Below, piece by piece: positions 34,940 to 44,659 of a DNA stretch of 64,000 nucleotides. The stretch lies in the IMG/VR virus record IMGVR_UViG_3300048549_001527; one strand, given 5' to 3'. Position numbers and translations under genes: made by a program. Position 1 is the stretch's first letter. Every line of letters begins with the position of its first letter. Under the pieces are notes generated by a model. That model ran no database searches. It worked only from the letters and a program-made list of their open reading frames with translations, and was not told the DNA's origin. This DNA comes from a virus (taxonomy: Duplodnaviria; Caudoviricetes).

Positions 34940-35640
34940 TAGACGAAAAAAGATTTCATTCCTTCTATTACGAATGTTTTTTCATTACCTTCTTTATTTG
35001 TATATTTCATTTCATGGCGTAGCTTTGGCATTGTTTCAAAGAAGTTTTGTATTCCCCTGATAACTCCACCTTGAATATTTTCCATAAATTGGTCAACTTC
35101 ATCACTAGTATAATCTTTAAACTCGTGCACCTCATCTTCTGATGCTATTTTATCTAAACAAGATATTAAAATCATATAGTTTATTAAAGGATCTTCAAGA
35201 TCCGATTCAGCAATTTTAATAAATTCGTCAATAGATGGATACTTTAGGTATAACATAAAATCATCATTAATTTTTATTTCATTAGTATGACCTTCAGGTG
35301 TAAGTAGTTTAATTTCTTCAATGTCCATAGTTAATTCAACCGGTTCATCTGTGTCAGGATCCACGATACCAAACGTGATTGTATTATCAACAGATCTCGA
35401 TCTTAATAATAAGAAAACGTATTCAAGATCAAACATTGCAAGTTCAGTTATGTCCATATCTATAAGACAGTTATTTACTACTTGTTTTGTCGCAACCATT
35501 TCTTGCGAAGGATCTTCATCCTCTTGCGCAATCAGCATAATCTTTTCTTCTTTTACCGTAAAAGGTCTATATTGTATAGTCCGTCCGGTAGATGGAAGTT
35601 TTGCTTCAAAAATAGGTAAATCAATTTTTGGTAAAGCCAT
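34939..35640 (-). CDS. 26: Baseplate hub subunit gp26
   Basis: MALPKI..P, YRPFTVKEEKI.L, DLEY.FL.LRSRSV, FFETMPKL. Confidence 0.9.
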   Translation of the reverse strand: MALPKIDLPIFEAKLPSTGRTIQYRPFTVKEEKIMLIAQEDEDPSQEMVATKQVVNNCLIDMDITELAMFDLEYVFLLLRSRSVDNTITFGIVDPDTDEPVELTMDIEEIKLLTPEGHTNEIKINDDFMLYLKYPSIDEFIKIAESDLEDPLINYMILISCLDKIASEDEVHEFKDYTSDEVDQFMENIQGGVIRGIQNFFETMPKLRHEMKYTNKEGNEKTFVIEGMKSFFV

Positions 35641-35654
35641 AATTTATATCTCCA

Positions 35655-36422
35655 TTATCTAAAAAAGTTTGTTATATTATCCCACGAGTTTCTAAATTTT
35701 AACAAGCGGTTTGCGGCATCTTGTACACTATTAAATTTCAATCCTTGACCTACTACATTAGCCAAAGAGCCTACTGAATTTAAGAATGATAGTAAACCAG
35801 TTCCGCGATTAAATCTTGTGGTTGGAGATCCTTGTACTTCCCCTGTAAATCTAATTTTATCATAAGAAAACGATACAGGCAACGTTGCATAGCTATCGTT
35901 GTTTTCCCATGATAAATCTATTTCACCAATTGCAGTTGGAAATGCTCCTTCCAATACTGTTTCATAATAAGTGTTGTTAGTTCCTGTAGGATGCGGGTTA
36001 TAAAATTTAATTATGATCGTTGCCGCATAATCTTCTCGGTACGCAACCTCAAACGGTAGCATACCATTTACTTCAGCCAATTCACCGCCAGCAGTACTAT
36101 AATTAACAACGTTCTGAGCCCAAGAATGGAAAAACTTTAATATTTCATGACTTGAGTCAACTAAAAATATTCCATTGACTGGATTATTAGCAATACCTGT
36201 TGGCATTTCTCGTGGCAGTTTTGCAGTTACATCGTAAGTGGCCGTGTTAATTGTAATTCCTGGGATAGACATTGTCTTACAGAAAAATGTTAATTGTCTC
36301 GGAGTAATTTGGGATGAGTTTCTAGCTCTTCCTTGTATAGTCACTTCGAATAAACCAGCGTGGGATAATCCACCAAATTGGCTCATTGTAGATTTAAATT
36401 CTGTGATGTTAAATGCCATCAT
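35655..36422 (-). CDS. 54: Baseplate tail-tube initiator gp54-like (gp19 fold)
   Basis: GGLSHAGLFEV, FFCKT..IPG, AFPT.IGEI.LSW, V.FSY. Confidence 0.7.
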   Translation of the reverse strand: MMAFNITEFKSTMSQFGGLSHAGLFEVTIQGRARNSSQITPRQLTFFCKTMSIPGITINTATYDVTAKLPREMPTGIANNPVNGIFLVDSSHEILKFFHSWAQNVVNYSTAGGELAEVNGMLPFEVAYREDYAATIIIKFYNPHPTGTNNTYYETVLEGAFPTAIGEIDLSWENNDSYATLPVSFSYDKIRFTGEVQGSPTTRFNRGTGLLSFLNSVGSLANVVGQGLKFNSVQDAANRLLKFRNSWDNITNFFR

Positions 36423-37021
36423 CTTCCTCTTATAATTTTTCTCGAGTCGGCATAAACTTGACGCTTACTTGCACCGACAAACGCAGGACTTGGTAAAAAC
36501 AACGCGATGTCCCATTCCGATGGAGCAACATAAGTCAATTTTGTTTTCAATTGTTTGGCGAGATAATGTTTTACTGTTGGCCTAAACTCTTTAAATTTTG
36601 CAGTACCATTCAATAAATCATAGCTTGCTCTTAATCGTGTATTTTCATTATATGTTTTATTTGTTGTTATAGTATAAAGTTGATCCATTAATTTTGCTCG
36701 TAGTACAGGAGGTAAGTAATGAAAGTTAATTCCTAAAAACCCGCCATCTGCTTTATTTATTGGAAACACGAGGGGAAACCTATCATAATATGGTAATGTT
36801 GCTTTATGCTTTGGATCATAACCAAACATATACATATTACCTAGTCTAAACCGGTTTTCGTATCGGTCTGAACCCATTTCTCGTATAACGCGATCTTGTC
36901 TTACTCCGCGCATCTGCCCTGCTTGGTTACGATACCAATCGCGTGCTTCCTGTGTCCGTGCCGGTATTTGCCCTTCACGAACTCCTCTCAATAGAATATC
37001 ATCAAATACTTTTGCTGCCAT
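36419..37021 (-). CDS. 2: DNA end protector protein
   Basis: G.MYMF.YDPKHK.TLPYYD.FPL, G.NFHYLPP, W..ALFLP. Confidence 0.92.
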   Translation of the reverse strand: MAAKVFDDILLRGVREGQIPARTQEARDWYRNQAGQMRGVRQDRVIREMGSDRYENRFRLGNMYMFGYDPKHKATLPYYDRFPLVFPINKADGGFLGINFHYLPPVLRAKLMDQLYTITTNKTYNENTRLRASYDLLNGTAKFKEFRPTVKHYLAKQLKTKLTYVAPSEWDIALFLPSPAFVGASKRQVYADSRKIIRGR

Positions 37022-37486
37022 TTATTTTATCCCTAAATGATCTTCTGTCATAATTACAAATTCCCAACCACGGTCTGCGCAAAAACCACGCGCTGCTTTC
37101 CATTTTGCTTCGTTAATACCGTATGTCTTAACCTCATTTATATAACGCCTTGAAACTGCACCCGTTTTGGTTTGATTTTTTTTTCTTGGGTCAGGCGGTC
37201 TTGTTTGTGCTTTCGGTTTTATTTCAATCATCACTGTTTTTGTTACTGGTCCAACGCGTTTATTAATAATTACATCTGGAAAATATCTATGTCTTTTTCC
37301 GTCAATTGGCGAATAATAAGGTACTATCACTTCTTCAGATTGCCACCAAATAATATCAGGGTGCATGTCCACATATCTAAAGAATTTAAACTCCCACAGC
37401 GACCTATAAATAATGTTACTAGGATCACCCTTGTATTTAGCAGGATTTTTAGGCCTAAACCTACCTTTGTGCCCTCTAGTTGTCAT
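37022..37486 (-). CDS. 4: Head completion nuclease (TnsA-like PD-(D/E)xK)
   Basis: GRF.PKNP.KYKGD, YRSLWE, HRYFPD, IEIKP, NEAKW.AA. Confidence 0.93.
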   Translation of the reverse strand: MTTRGHKGRFRPKNPAKYKGDPSNIIYRSLWEFKFFRYVDMHPDIIWWQSEEVIVPYYSPIDGKRHRYFPDVIINKRVGPVTKTVMIEIKPKAQTRPPDPRKKNQTKTGAVSRRYINEVKTYGINEAKWKAARGFCADRGWEFVIMTEDHLGIK

Positions 37487-37505
37487 ATCATCACTCGCAT
37501 TTCCA

Positions 37506-37513
37506 TATAAATA
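37506..37513 (+). promoter_or_regulatory. Late promoter TATAAATA (towards gp48)
   Basis: Exact consensus in the divergent gp4/gp48 gap. Confidence 0.8.
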
Positions 37514-37521
37514 AGTAATAA

Positions 37522-37529
37522 TATTTATA
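37522..37529 (-). promoter_or_regulatory. Late promoter TATAAATA (towards gp4)
   Basis: Plus strand TATTTATA; faces the opposite-strand late promoter. Confidence 0.8.
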
Positions 37530-37547
37530 AGAAAAAGGTAAGCCCAT

Positions 37548-38573
37548 ATGCCAATTCAGGACCAAGGTTTAGGCCATAGGCCGCAAACTAAAAAGGCAAT
37601 GAGTAGTAGCCGCGGCGCAATTGGAAATTTATCTTTCCCTGCAACCGGTTTAGCTCATAGCATCATGTTTGTATTTAAAGAATATTCTTATGAAGGCTTA
37701 AATGCTGGTTTTGATTTATTGACAGGATCTATTGGACAAACTGGTAGAGCTCGCGGTAGTTCAATCAAAGGAATATCGTCTATTCAGTTACCGTTTCCGC
37801 GGACTTTGACTGATAGTACTGGCGTTGTTATTCAAGGTTTTGAAAGAGATAAAACAACTGAAGCAATTAGCCGTGCTGCGTCGAATTTAATGTCAGGCGG
37901 CGCGGCTGGAATGACTATTTCAAATATTCCTGAGCTACTTCAACAAATAGGCGCAGGCGGTTCAAGTCTGTTAACTGGTAGTGGCGACGACAGTGGAAGC
38001 GGTGTTGGTAGATTAGTAAAAAGTATCCTAGGAACAGAATTAGGAGATGCGACAACTGGCGCTCAATATCTTTTAAGATCAAAACTTCCAGGAGATATTG
38101 GCAGATCTATTGATATTACAACAGGGCAAACTGTTAACCCAAGAGAAACATTATCTTTTGATGGAGTTGAATTACGCACTCATACATTTAACTGGGATTT
38201 ATATCCTGAAAGTCAAGAAGACTCGCGCTTAATTAAAGAAGTCGTAAACGGATTTAAAAAACAAATATTGCCACACACTCGTGATATTGAAGGAATTCCA
38301 AGAGCATTCCTTACTTACCCAGCTACTGTTGATACTTATTTACTAGGAGTTAATCCTGAACACTTTATCAAATTTAAAACATCACTTGTTAGAAGCATTG
38401 ATGTTGATTATGGCGCAGGAGGTGGTGTAACTATGATGAAAGGCGGCAAGCCTGGAGGAGTTTCATTATCAATTTCAATGCAGGAACTGGAAATCCAAAC
38501 TGCGGACGAATATGGTGGAACTTACCAAGAAGATCCTGCGGAATTTGTTATACCAAACTCAGGGGCGCAATAA
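37548..38573 (+). CDS. 48: Baseplate tail-tube cap gp48-like
   Basis: IQLPFP, VNP...LSFDGV.LRTH.FNW.LYP.S..DS, FL.YP. Confidence 0.82.
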   Translation: MPIQDQGLGHRPQTKKAMSSSRGAIGNLSFPATGLAHSIMFVFKEYSYEGLNAGFDLLTGSIGQTGRARGSSIKGISSIQLPFPRTLTDSTGVVIQGFERDKTTEAISRAASNLMSGGAAGMTISNIPELLQQIGAGGSSLLTGSGDDSGSGVGRLVKSILGTELGDATTGAQYLLRSKLPGDIGRSIDITTGQTVNPRETLSFDGVELRTHTFNWDLYPESQEDSRLIKEVVNGFKKQILPHTRDIEGIPRAFLTYPATVDTYLLGVNPEHFIKFKTSLVRSIDVDYGAGGGVTMMKGGKPGGVSLSISMQELEIQTADEYGGTYQEDPAEFVIPNSGAQ

Positions 38574-38948
38574 ATGAAATACTTTGAAAATTTTCCAGAA
38601 GTAGTTTATGACGGTAAGCGAGTTAAAGATATTACTCGGCGAAACCGTTTTGTAAGAGGACTACAAAACAACCCGCTTCTTTATATGCCATACACAGTTG
38701 AGGAAGGCGAAAGAGCTGAAGATATTGCAAATTTTTATTATGGCTCAGTAGATTACGTTTGGCTCATCTATATGGCAAATAATATTATAGACCCGTATCA
38801 TGAATGGCCATTAAACACAATAGAGTTTAACGATATGTTAATTGAAAAATATGCGGAAGCTTCAGGACTTACAGGTCAAGATGTTCTTGATTGGACAAGA
38901 ACCGATGATACTGAAGATAACATTGTGTATTATTACAGGGAGGTTTAA
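38574..38948 (+). CDS. 53: Baseplate wedge gp53, N-terminal part (LysM-like)
   Basis: MKYFENFP, YTVEEGERAEDIA.FYYGS..Y.WLI..AN.I..PY.EWPL. Confidence 0.85.
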   Translation: MKYFENFPEVVYDGKRVKDITRRNRFVRGLQNNPLLYMPYTVEEGERAEDIANFYYGSVDYVWLIYMANNIIDPYHEWPLNTIEFNDMLIEKYAEASGLTGQDVLDWTRTDDTEDNIVYYYREV

Positions 38949-38951
38949 TAA

Positions 38952-39206
38952 ATGGCTGTTGATATTATTAAACTTACACCGGATAGTTTTTTAACAATCT
39001 ATTTAAGAAGAGAAGACCGTGTTATTTTGCGTACAGAGCAAGGACGTAAAATTGTTATCAAACGCATCATTCCTGAAGAATGGAAAGCATGGCGTATATA
39101 TGATAACGAAAACGCAATTAATGAAAACAAGCGCGAAATATATCTATTTGATAATAGGTACTTACCACAGTTAACTCGTGAATTTAAGAGTAAGATAAGA
39201 ATTTAA
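38952..39206 (+). CDS. Separate ORF carrying the gp53 C-terminal motif
   Basis: YDNE...NENKREIYL....YL.QL..EF; same frame as gp53-N, after TAA TAA, with its own GGAGGT RBS. Confidence 0.7.
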   Translation: MAVDIIKLTPDSFLTIYLRREDRVILRTEQGRKIVIKRIIPEEWKAWRIYDNENAINENKREIYLFDNRYLPQLTREFKSKIRI

Positions 39207-39209
39207 CAA

Positions 39210-40571
39210 ATGGCAGAGTCTTTTAATCCGGCAGGCTACGAAATATCCAGGGCGCTCATAACTACTATGAACGGCACGACTGTTGATATGAAAGAGTTTG
39301 TTATAGGTCTTGAAATTTCTCAATCTATTAATTCAAACTATTCTGGCTCTATGACCGTTCTTGAAAATTTGAATTACCTTGAAGGGACTCCTTTACGAGG
39401 TGAAGAAAAACTTGACTTAGAAATAGAATTATTTGATACTGGGCAAAAGGTTGAACTAAAACTACAAGTATTTTCAATTTCAAGAGTATCACCAAATAGA
39501 ATGAACACTGGTACAACATATACGTTATCTTTTATTTCAAGAACAAGTTATGATGGTGGAAATCGCAGAGTAAAAAGTTCCTATAAAAATAAATCAGTGA
39601 AGCAAATTGTTCAAGAGGTGTTTGAAGATTATGTTTCTGATTTGGATAAAGCTGATTACTTAGATGAACAAGATAAAACAAGAGTATTAACATTTGGTAC
39701 TGCCCGGCATAAAATACTTAATGATAGAGATAGAAGTCTTTATATTCAACCGACCGAAGGACTTATTGATATTATTATGCCAAGTATTATGCCTGACGAT
39801 GCATTTAGATTTTTATCTAAACGAGCAATGAATACTGATACTCCGTCGCATACGTTTAGATGGTTTGAAACAATATATGGTTATTACTTTGTGACTGACG
39901 AGTTTTTAATTAAAGAAGCAATTGAAGCTGAAGACAAAGGTAACCTAAAAGAATTGTTTTATGCGCCGAACGCAAGTAACTTACCGGATGATGCGGGCTT
40001 ATCAATTAATAGAATTAATAATTTTTCAATTGGCGAAAGAGGTACTAACTCTGCAAAATCAATGCTGTCAGGCGCATATAGAGTTAAGACAACAGAATTA
40101 GATCTTGTGAACGGAAAGGTTTACGAAAATAGTTGGAAAGTTGAAGATGCGAAATTTATTGATATGTCAGGAAAAACTGTTTCTATTGACAGGTTACCGC
40201 ATTCACAACAATATATCAATGAAAAATTTACAGATGAAAACGCTCGTGACTTTTTGGTTTTAAAAGATACACAAGGTCCTAACGATAGAGCTACAAGTTT
40301 AAGGTCTGACGCAAATAATGGTGAAATAGCAGCAATGCGTACTTTTTACGATCAACATTTAAATTCAACTTCTGTTGGAGTTAGCTTGAGTGGTAGAATT
40401 GATTTATCGCCAGGAACCATCCTTAATTTAAATATTCCAGTCTTCGCAGCTACTGATAAAGTTGAAGATAATAACCTCTCAGGAAAGTATATGATTAAAT
40501 CTTCAAGCCACACATTCAAAGATGGAAAAGCCGGCGCAACTCTCAATTTAATTAAATTTGGGTGGTCATAA
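39210..40571 (+). CDS. Baseplate hub protein (gp27 / late control D-like)
   Basis: Lies between gp53 and gp5; FRWFET..GY.F; G...LSPG.ILNL.IP...SGKYMI....HTF. Confidence 0.7.
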   Translation: MAESFNPAGYEISRALITTMNGTTVDMKEFVIGLEISQSINSNYSGSMTVLENLNYLEGTPLRGEEKLDLEIELFDTGQKVELKLQVFSISRVSPNRMNTGTTYTLSFISRTSYDGGNRRVKSSYKNKSVKQIVQEVFEDYVSDLDKADYLDEQDKTRVLTFGTARHKILNDRDRSLYIQPTEGLIDIIMPSIMPDDAFRFLSKRAMNTDTPSHTFRWFETIYGYYFVTDEFLIKEAIEAEDKGNLKELFYAPNASNLPDDAGLSINRINNFSIGERGTNSAKSMLSGAYRVKTTELDLVNGKVYENSWKVEDAKFIDMSGKTVSIDRLPHSQQYINEKFTDENARDFLVLKDTQGPNDRATSLRSDANNGEIAAMRTFYDQHLNSTSVGVSLSGRIDLSPGTILNLNIPVFAATDKVEDNNLSGKYMIKSSSHTFKDGKAGATLNLIKFGWS

Positions 40572-42676
40572 TGGCAGCTATTGGTATTGATAATCCTTTA
40601 TTCTTTGTTGGCGTTGTTGAAGATATTGTAGACCCTCGCTTTGAAGGACGTGTAAAAGTTAGAGCGTTTGGAATACATGGAAATAACCAAGACGTACCAA
40701 CAGAGGACTTACCTTGGGCAATTGTTTGCCGTGGCGATTATGATCCTAGTAATTGGATTCCTCGTGAAAACTATTGGGTATTTGGAATGTTCCTTGACGG
40801 CAGGGAAGCTCAATCACCAATGGTCTTGGGCCTTATACCTACTATCAATAATGGTCCTGATCCAAAATCTGATGGATATGGCGTCATTCCTACACACGGC
40901 CCTGATGACGGATATAGAACGGCGGCCGGTTCTACTCCTGAAGATCACAACCAGCCGCGTATGAGTAGATTAGCGCGTGGAGAAAATCTCGAAGAAACTT
41001 ATGTGTTGGCTCAGGAAATGGCTCGTAACGTTGAAATTACTGTAGCCGCAGGACAAGGTGAAGATAATGAAACATTAGAAGAACCGCCAACTGCATACAA
41101 TACGAGGTATCCGCACAATAGAGTTATTTCGTCTGCAACGCATTCTATTGAGTTAGATGATACACCTGGTTCAGAAAGAATTATGATATATCATAAAGAT
41201 GGTTCTTTTTATCAAATATCACAAGGTGGTTTGGTTGTAGAAAAAGCATCCGGTAACAAGTGGGAAATTACAGACCTAAACGAAGTAAAGGTTGTTAAAG
41301 GTCAAAGCACTGTTACGATTAATGGTGATGCAAGGATCCGCGTTGAAGGAAATAAAATTGAAGAAATCATGGGAGACTATCAACAAATTGTACATGGTAA
41401 TAGCTATATCACGTCAGGCGGAGAAATGACACTTAATGCTTCAGACCGCCTACAGGCAAGAGGTGGAGACATCAGGCTTGATGCAAACGTTGGAACTTTT
41501 TCTTATTATGCTGAAAAAGAAATTCAATTTGAAGCTGGTGTTGGAATGTATTTTAAATCGCCATTCATGTGGTTAGAAGCTCCGTCAAATATGAACATCC
41601 GCGCTAACAATTTAAATATGTCAGCGGTTACAGATTTAAACATTCGTGCAAATGGTGGAGATTTAAATCTTTATGGTTCTGCAGACGTAAGTATAAAATC
41701 TAACGCACAACTCAAAGCTGATGCAAATGGAAACATTTCAATTACAACAGTTAGCGGCTCTACTGTGTTTATTAACGATAATGTAGATATGGCAAACGGT
41801 GGTGGTGCTTCTGCAACTGATGCAGTATATGCCGAACAATCAATATCTTCTGAAAGAGTTGAATCGCCTGAGCCACCAGCAAAAGCAATGCCGATTAGAA
41901 AGTCACAAGATACGGCTTCAGGTAAACCGCACGGCGATGTCGGTTCAACGCACGGAGTTGCATCAGGAGACGATCAAGTAGAAGGTGGAGTTGGCGGACA
42001 AAGTGGAGTTGATAATACCGTAAGTACTTCCGTTCCAACATCACCTATTAGTTCTGCGGTTGGCGGTATGCTTGGCCCACTTCTTGATCTTATTGGTAAT
42101 GCTGAATCAGGGGCAGGCGGATATGACGCTATTTGGGGCAGCCAAGGAATTCCTGATAATAGTGGTTACGTTCCAACTTTTCAAAAGTACCCGAAAGGAA
42201 TTTCTTTTTCAGATTATCCTGATAAACGTTTAACTTTAATGACTATTCAAGAAGTATTGAATTGGCAAGAAAGCATAGATAGAAAATATAATTCCGAAGC
42301 GAGTGGAAGATATCAGTTTATGGAAGACACTTTACGCGGTTATAATAACGATAATAATACGCCTGCTCGTGATTCGCTGGCAGAACAAGCAGGCCTTTCA
42401 TTAAGTGATAAATTTAGTCCAGAAAATCAAGATAAAATGGCTACTGTTTTATTACAGTTTGCTGGGCTTAATGCGTTTCTTAATGGTTCAAAATCCCTCG
42501 AATCATTTGGGAATGGAATTTCTGGTATTTGGGCAAGAGTACCGAGAATTAGCGGACCAGGAGCTGGCACTGGTTCATACGATAACGATGGGCAAAACAA
42601 AGCAGATCCTAACTTAGGTGGTCCGCTTAGAACAATTCTTACTACGTTAAAAGCAACGTATGATGCAAGTATTTAG
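40571..42676 (+). CDS. 5: Baseplate spike gp5 with C-terminal muramidase domain
   Basis: FVGVVED..DP...GRVKVR.FG.H OB fold; YP.N.V..S...H.IE.DDTPG.ERI; beta-helix repeats; C-terminal IGNAES...ASGRYQF...FSPENQD. Confidence 0.9.
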   Translation: MAAIGIDNPLFFVGVVEDIVDPRFEGRVKVRAFGIHGNNQDVPTEDLPWAIVCRGDYDPSNWIPRENYWVFGMFLDGREAQSPMVLGLIPTINNGPDPKSDGYGVIPTHGPDDGYRTAAGSTPEDHNQPRMSRLARGENLEETYVLAQEMARNVEITVAAGQGEDNETLEEPPTAYNTRYPHNRVISSATHSIELDDTPGSERIMIYHKDGSFYQISQGGLVVEKASGNKWEITDLNEVKVVKGQSTVTINGDARIRVEGNKIEEIMGDYQQIVHGNSYITSGGEMTLNASDRLQARGGDIRLDANVGTFSYYAEKEIQFEAGVGMYFKSPFMWLEAPSNMNIRANNLNMSAVTDLNIRANGGDLNLYGSADVSIKSNAQLKADANGNISITTVSGSTVFINDNVDMANGGGASATDAVYAEQSISSERVESPEPPAKAMPIRKSQDTASGKPHGDVGSTHGVASGDDQVEGGVGGQSGVDNTVSTSVPTSPISSAVGGMLGPLLDLIGNAESGAGGYDAIWGSQGIPDNSGYVPTFQKYPKGISFSDYPDKRLTLMTIQEVLNWQESIDRKYNSEASGRYQFMEDTLRGYNNDNNTPARDSLAEQAGLSLSDKFSPENQDKMATVLLQFAGLNAFLNGSKSLESFGNGISGIWARVPRISGPGAGTGSYDNDGQNKADPNLGGPLRTILTTLKATYDASI

Positions 42677-42684
42677 AGGACAAT

Positions 42685-44226
42685 ATGGCAGCAATTTGTA
42701 AACCTGAAGACGCGGTTGTAACGCAGTTAGTAAGCACCCAAACGTTTACTGACACAAATGGATATTACACACAAAACCAAATTTCTTTATTTCAAAATGA
42801 ATATGTAAATGCATTAAATTCTGGAATACAAACTGATCCTTTGCTTTATATGACTGATAAGTACGGGTCTGACGCATTTTTTACAACGGTAGGTAATATA
42901 AACGAATATACTGCAAAACCGTATATCCAAGATCTACTAATAGAAACTCCTGATTTAAATACTTTATATCAACGAGTCAGTCAAGGACCTATCACTCCGT
43001 TTGAAGCGGCAGACTTTATGAAAGAATATAATTATGATCCTTTGACTCTTAACGAGCAGCTTAAATCACCTACAGTTATTTACCAACTACAAGACTATTA
43101 TACAAATGGTTTTGCTAACAGTTTTCTTGGAGGACTTTGTAGCTTGATGCCAAAGGTTTTTGCTGGTGTTGGAGCTTTCTTTGGTCTTATTGGTCTAGCA
43201 GGTCAAGCTATTGCAGACATTGCTGGTTTTTTAAATAAAATTAAAAATATTGAAAATCCATTAGAAGCAATTTTTGAAAAACTAAAAGTAGCAGCATTAA
43301 TTGAAAGTTTTAAAAATAAAATTACTTCAATGATTGAAAAAACAATTAATAAAGTTAAAGATGCAATTAAGAATTTTAATATAGGTAATATTATGAGTGA
43401 CGTGGCAACGTTTGTAAATGAAAATGTTATCAGACAAATTCATAATCTTAAAGAAAACATTTTAGGATTTTTTAGCGAAGAAAACATTCAGCAAATTATT
43501 AACAAAGCTAAAGGATTATTTGACTATGGAGTTGGTCTATTTGCCAATCCAAGTTTGGAAGAAATTCAATTTCTTATTTCGCGATTTTGCGCAATGGCAG
43601 CTGGAATTGAAGATGCAATCCAAGCATTAAAAAATCCACTTGATAGTTTTGCAAATAGATTTACTTATGCCTTGCAAAGAATTACTGCGGCTGGAAATTT
43701 AAATGCCGCAAAGGCTGTGATTGAAGGTCGCCCAGTTCAATCACCACAGGCAAGGAATAATGAGATAAATAATCAAAGACAGAGGTGGCTCGCCGCAGGT
43801 AATCGCAAACCAATTACTCCAGATGATTATGCCGAGCTCCCAAGTTATGAAGATTTGTTGGCTGGTGGCGCAGGAACTGGATTATATGTTGATAAAAGTT
43901 TAACATCATGGCCGTCATACGATGGAGCAGACGGGTGGAAAAACGCAAACCGTGATTTAAGAGTTATTCTTATGAGAACGGCGCAAAAATTTGAAGCTGA
44001 TTTGCATATCAATAGCGCATGGAGAAGTACAACTCATAATAACCGAGTTGGTGGTTCTTCAGGATCATATCATTTAAGCGGCAACGCATTTGACATATCA
44101 TGGAAAGGTTATCCAGAAAGGCGTGATAAATTTTTGAAAATAGCATATGCTGAAGGCTTTACTGGACACGGAATATATCCGGGCTTTGTCCATGTAGATT
44201 TAGGGAATAGGGTGTTCACACCTTGA
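42685..44226 (+). CDS. Virion-region protein with C-terminal peptidase M15A domain
   Basis: INSAWRS..HN..VGG...SYHLSGNAFDI...GIY..FVHVD (H-x6-D...H zinc triad). Confidence 0.82.
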   Translation: MAAICKPEDAVVTQLVSTQTFTDTNGYYTQNQISLFQNEYVNALNSGIQTDPLLYMTDKYGSDAFFTTVGNINEYTAKPYIQDLLIETPDLNTLYQRVSQGPITPFEAADFMKEYNYDPLTLNEQLKSPTVIYQLQDYYTNGFANSFLGGLCSLMPKVFAGVGAFFGLIGLAGQAIADIAGFLNKIKNIENPLEAIFEKLKVAALIESFKNKITSMIEKTINKVKDAIKNFNIGNIMSDVATFVNENVIRQIHNLKENILGFFSEENIQQIINKAKGLFDYGVGLFANPSLEEIQFLISRFCAMAAGIEDAIQALKNPLDSFANRFTYALQRITAAGNLNAAKAVIEGRPVQSPQARNNEINNQRQRWLAAGNRKPITPDDYAELPSYEDLLAGGAGTGLYVDKSLTSWPSYDGADGWKNANRDLRVILMRTAQKFEADLHINSAWRSTTHNNRVGGSSGSYHLSGNAFDISWKGYPERRDKFLKIAYAEGFTGHGIYPGFVHVDLGNRVFTP

Positions 44227-44241
44227 TAAAGGAAAAAAATT

Positions 44242-44658
44242 ATGGTAGTTAGCTTAGTAACACCAAGAAATAAAAAGTTTACAGTCTTTACTGACTTTAA
44301 AATGGATTTGGAAAAAAGTCCTGTGTCTAGCGACCTAACCTTAAATAAAAATGAAGAAGCCGTTAAACAAGCAATAAAAAACCTTATCTTAACTGATAAA
44401 GGTGAAAGACTAATGCAACCAAACCTCGGTGGAAATATCAAGGCGATGTTGTTTGAAACAATTACACCAGCAACACTTAAATTAATTGAAGAGCAAGTAA
44501 GAGCCACAATTAATTTACATGAGCCAAGAGCTGATCTTATTGATGTTCTTGTTTCTTCAGAAATAGATGACAATACTGTTGTCGTTAAAATAGTATTTTA
44601 CATATCAAATAACCAACAGCCAATATCGCTGAGTGTAATATTAGAGAGGACACGATAA
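44242..44658 (+). CDS. 25: Baseplate wedge gp25
   Basis: AVKQAIKNLILT.KGERLMQP.LG.....LFE, EPRA. Confidence 0.92.
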   Translation: MVVSLVTPRNKKFTVFTDFKMDLEKSPVSSDLTLNKNEEAVKQAIKNLILTDKGERLMQPNLGGNIKAMLFETITPATLKLIEEQVRATINLHEPRADLIDVLVSSEIDDNTVVVKIVFYISNNQQPISLSVILERTR

Positions 44659-44659
44659 G

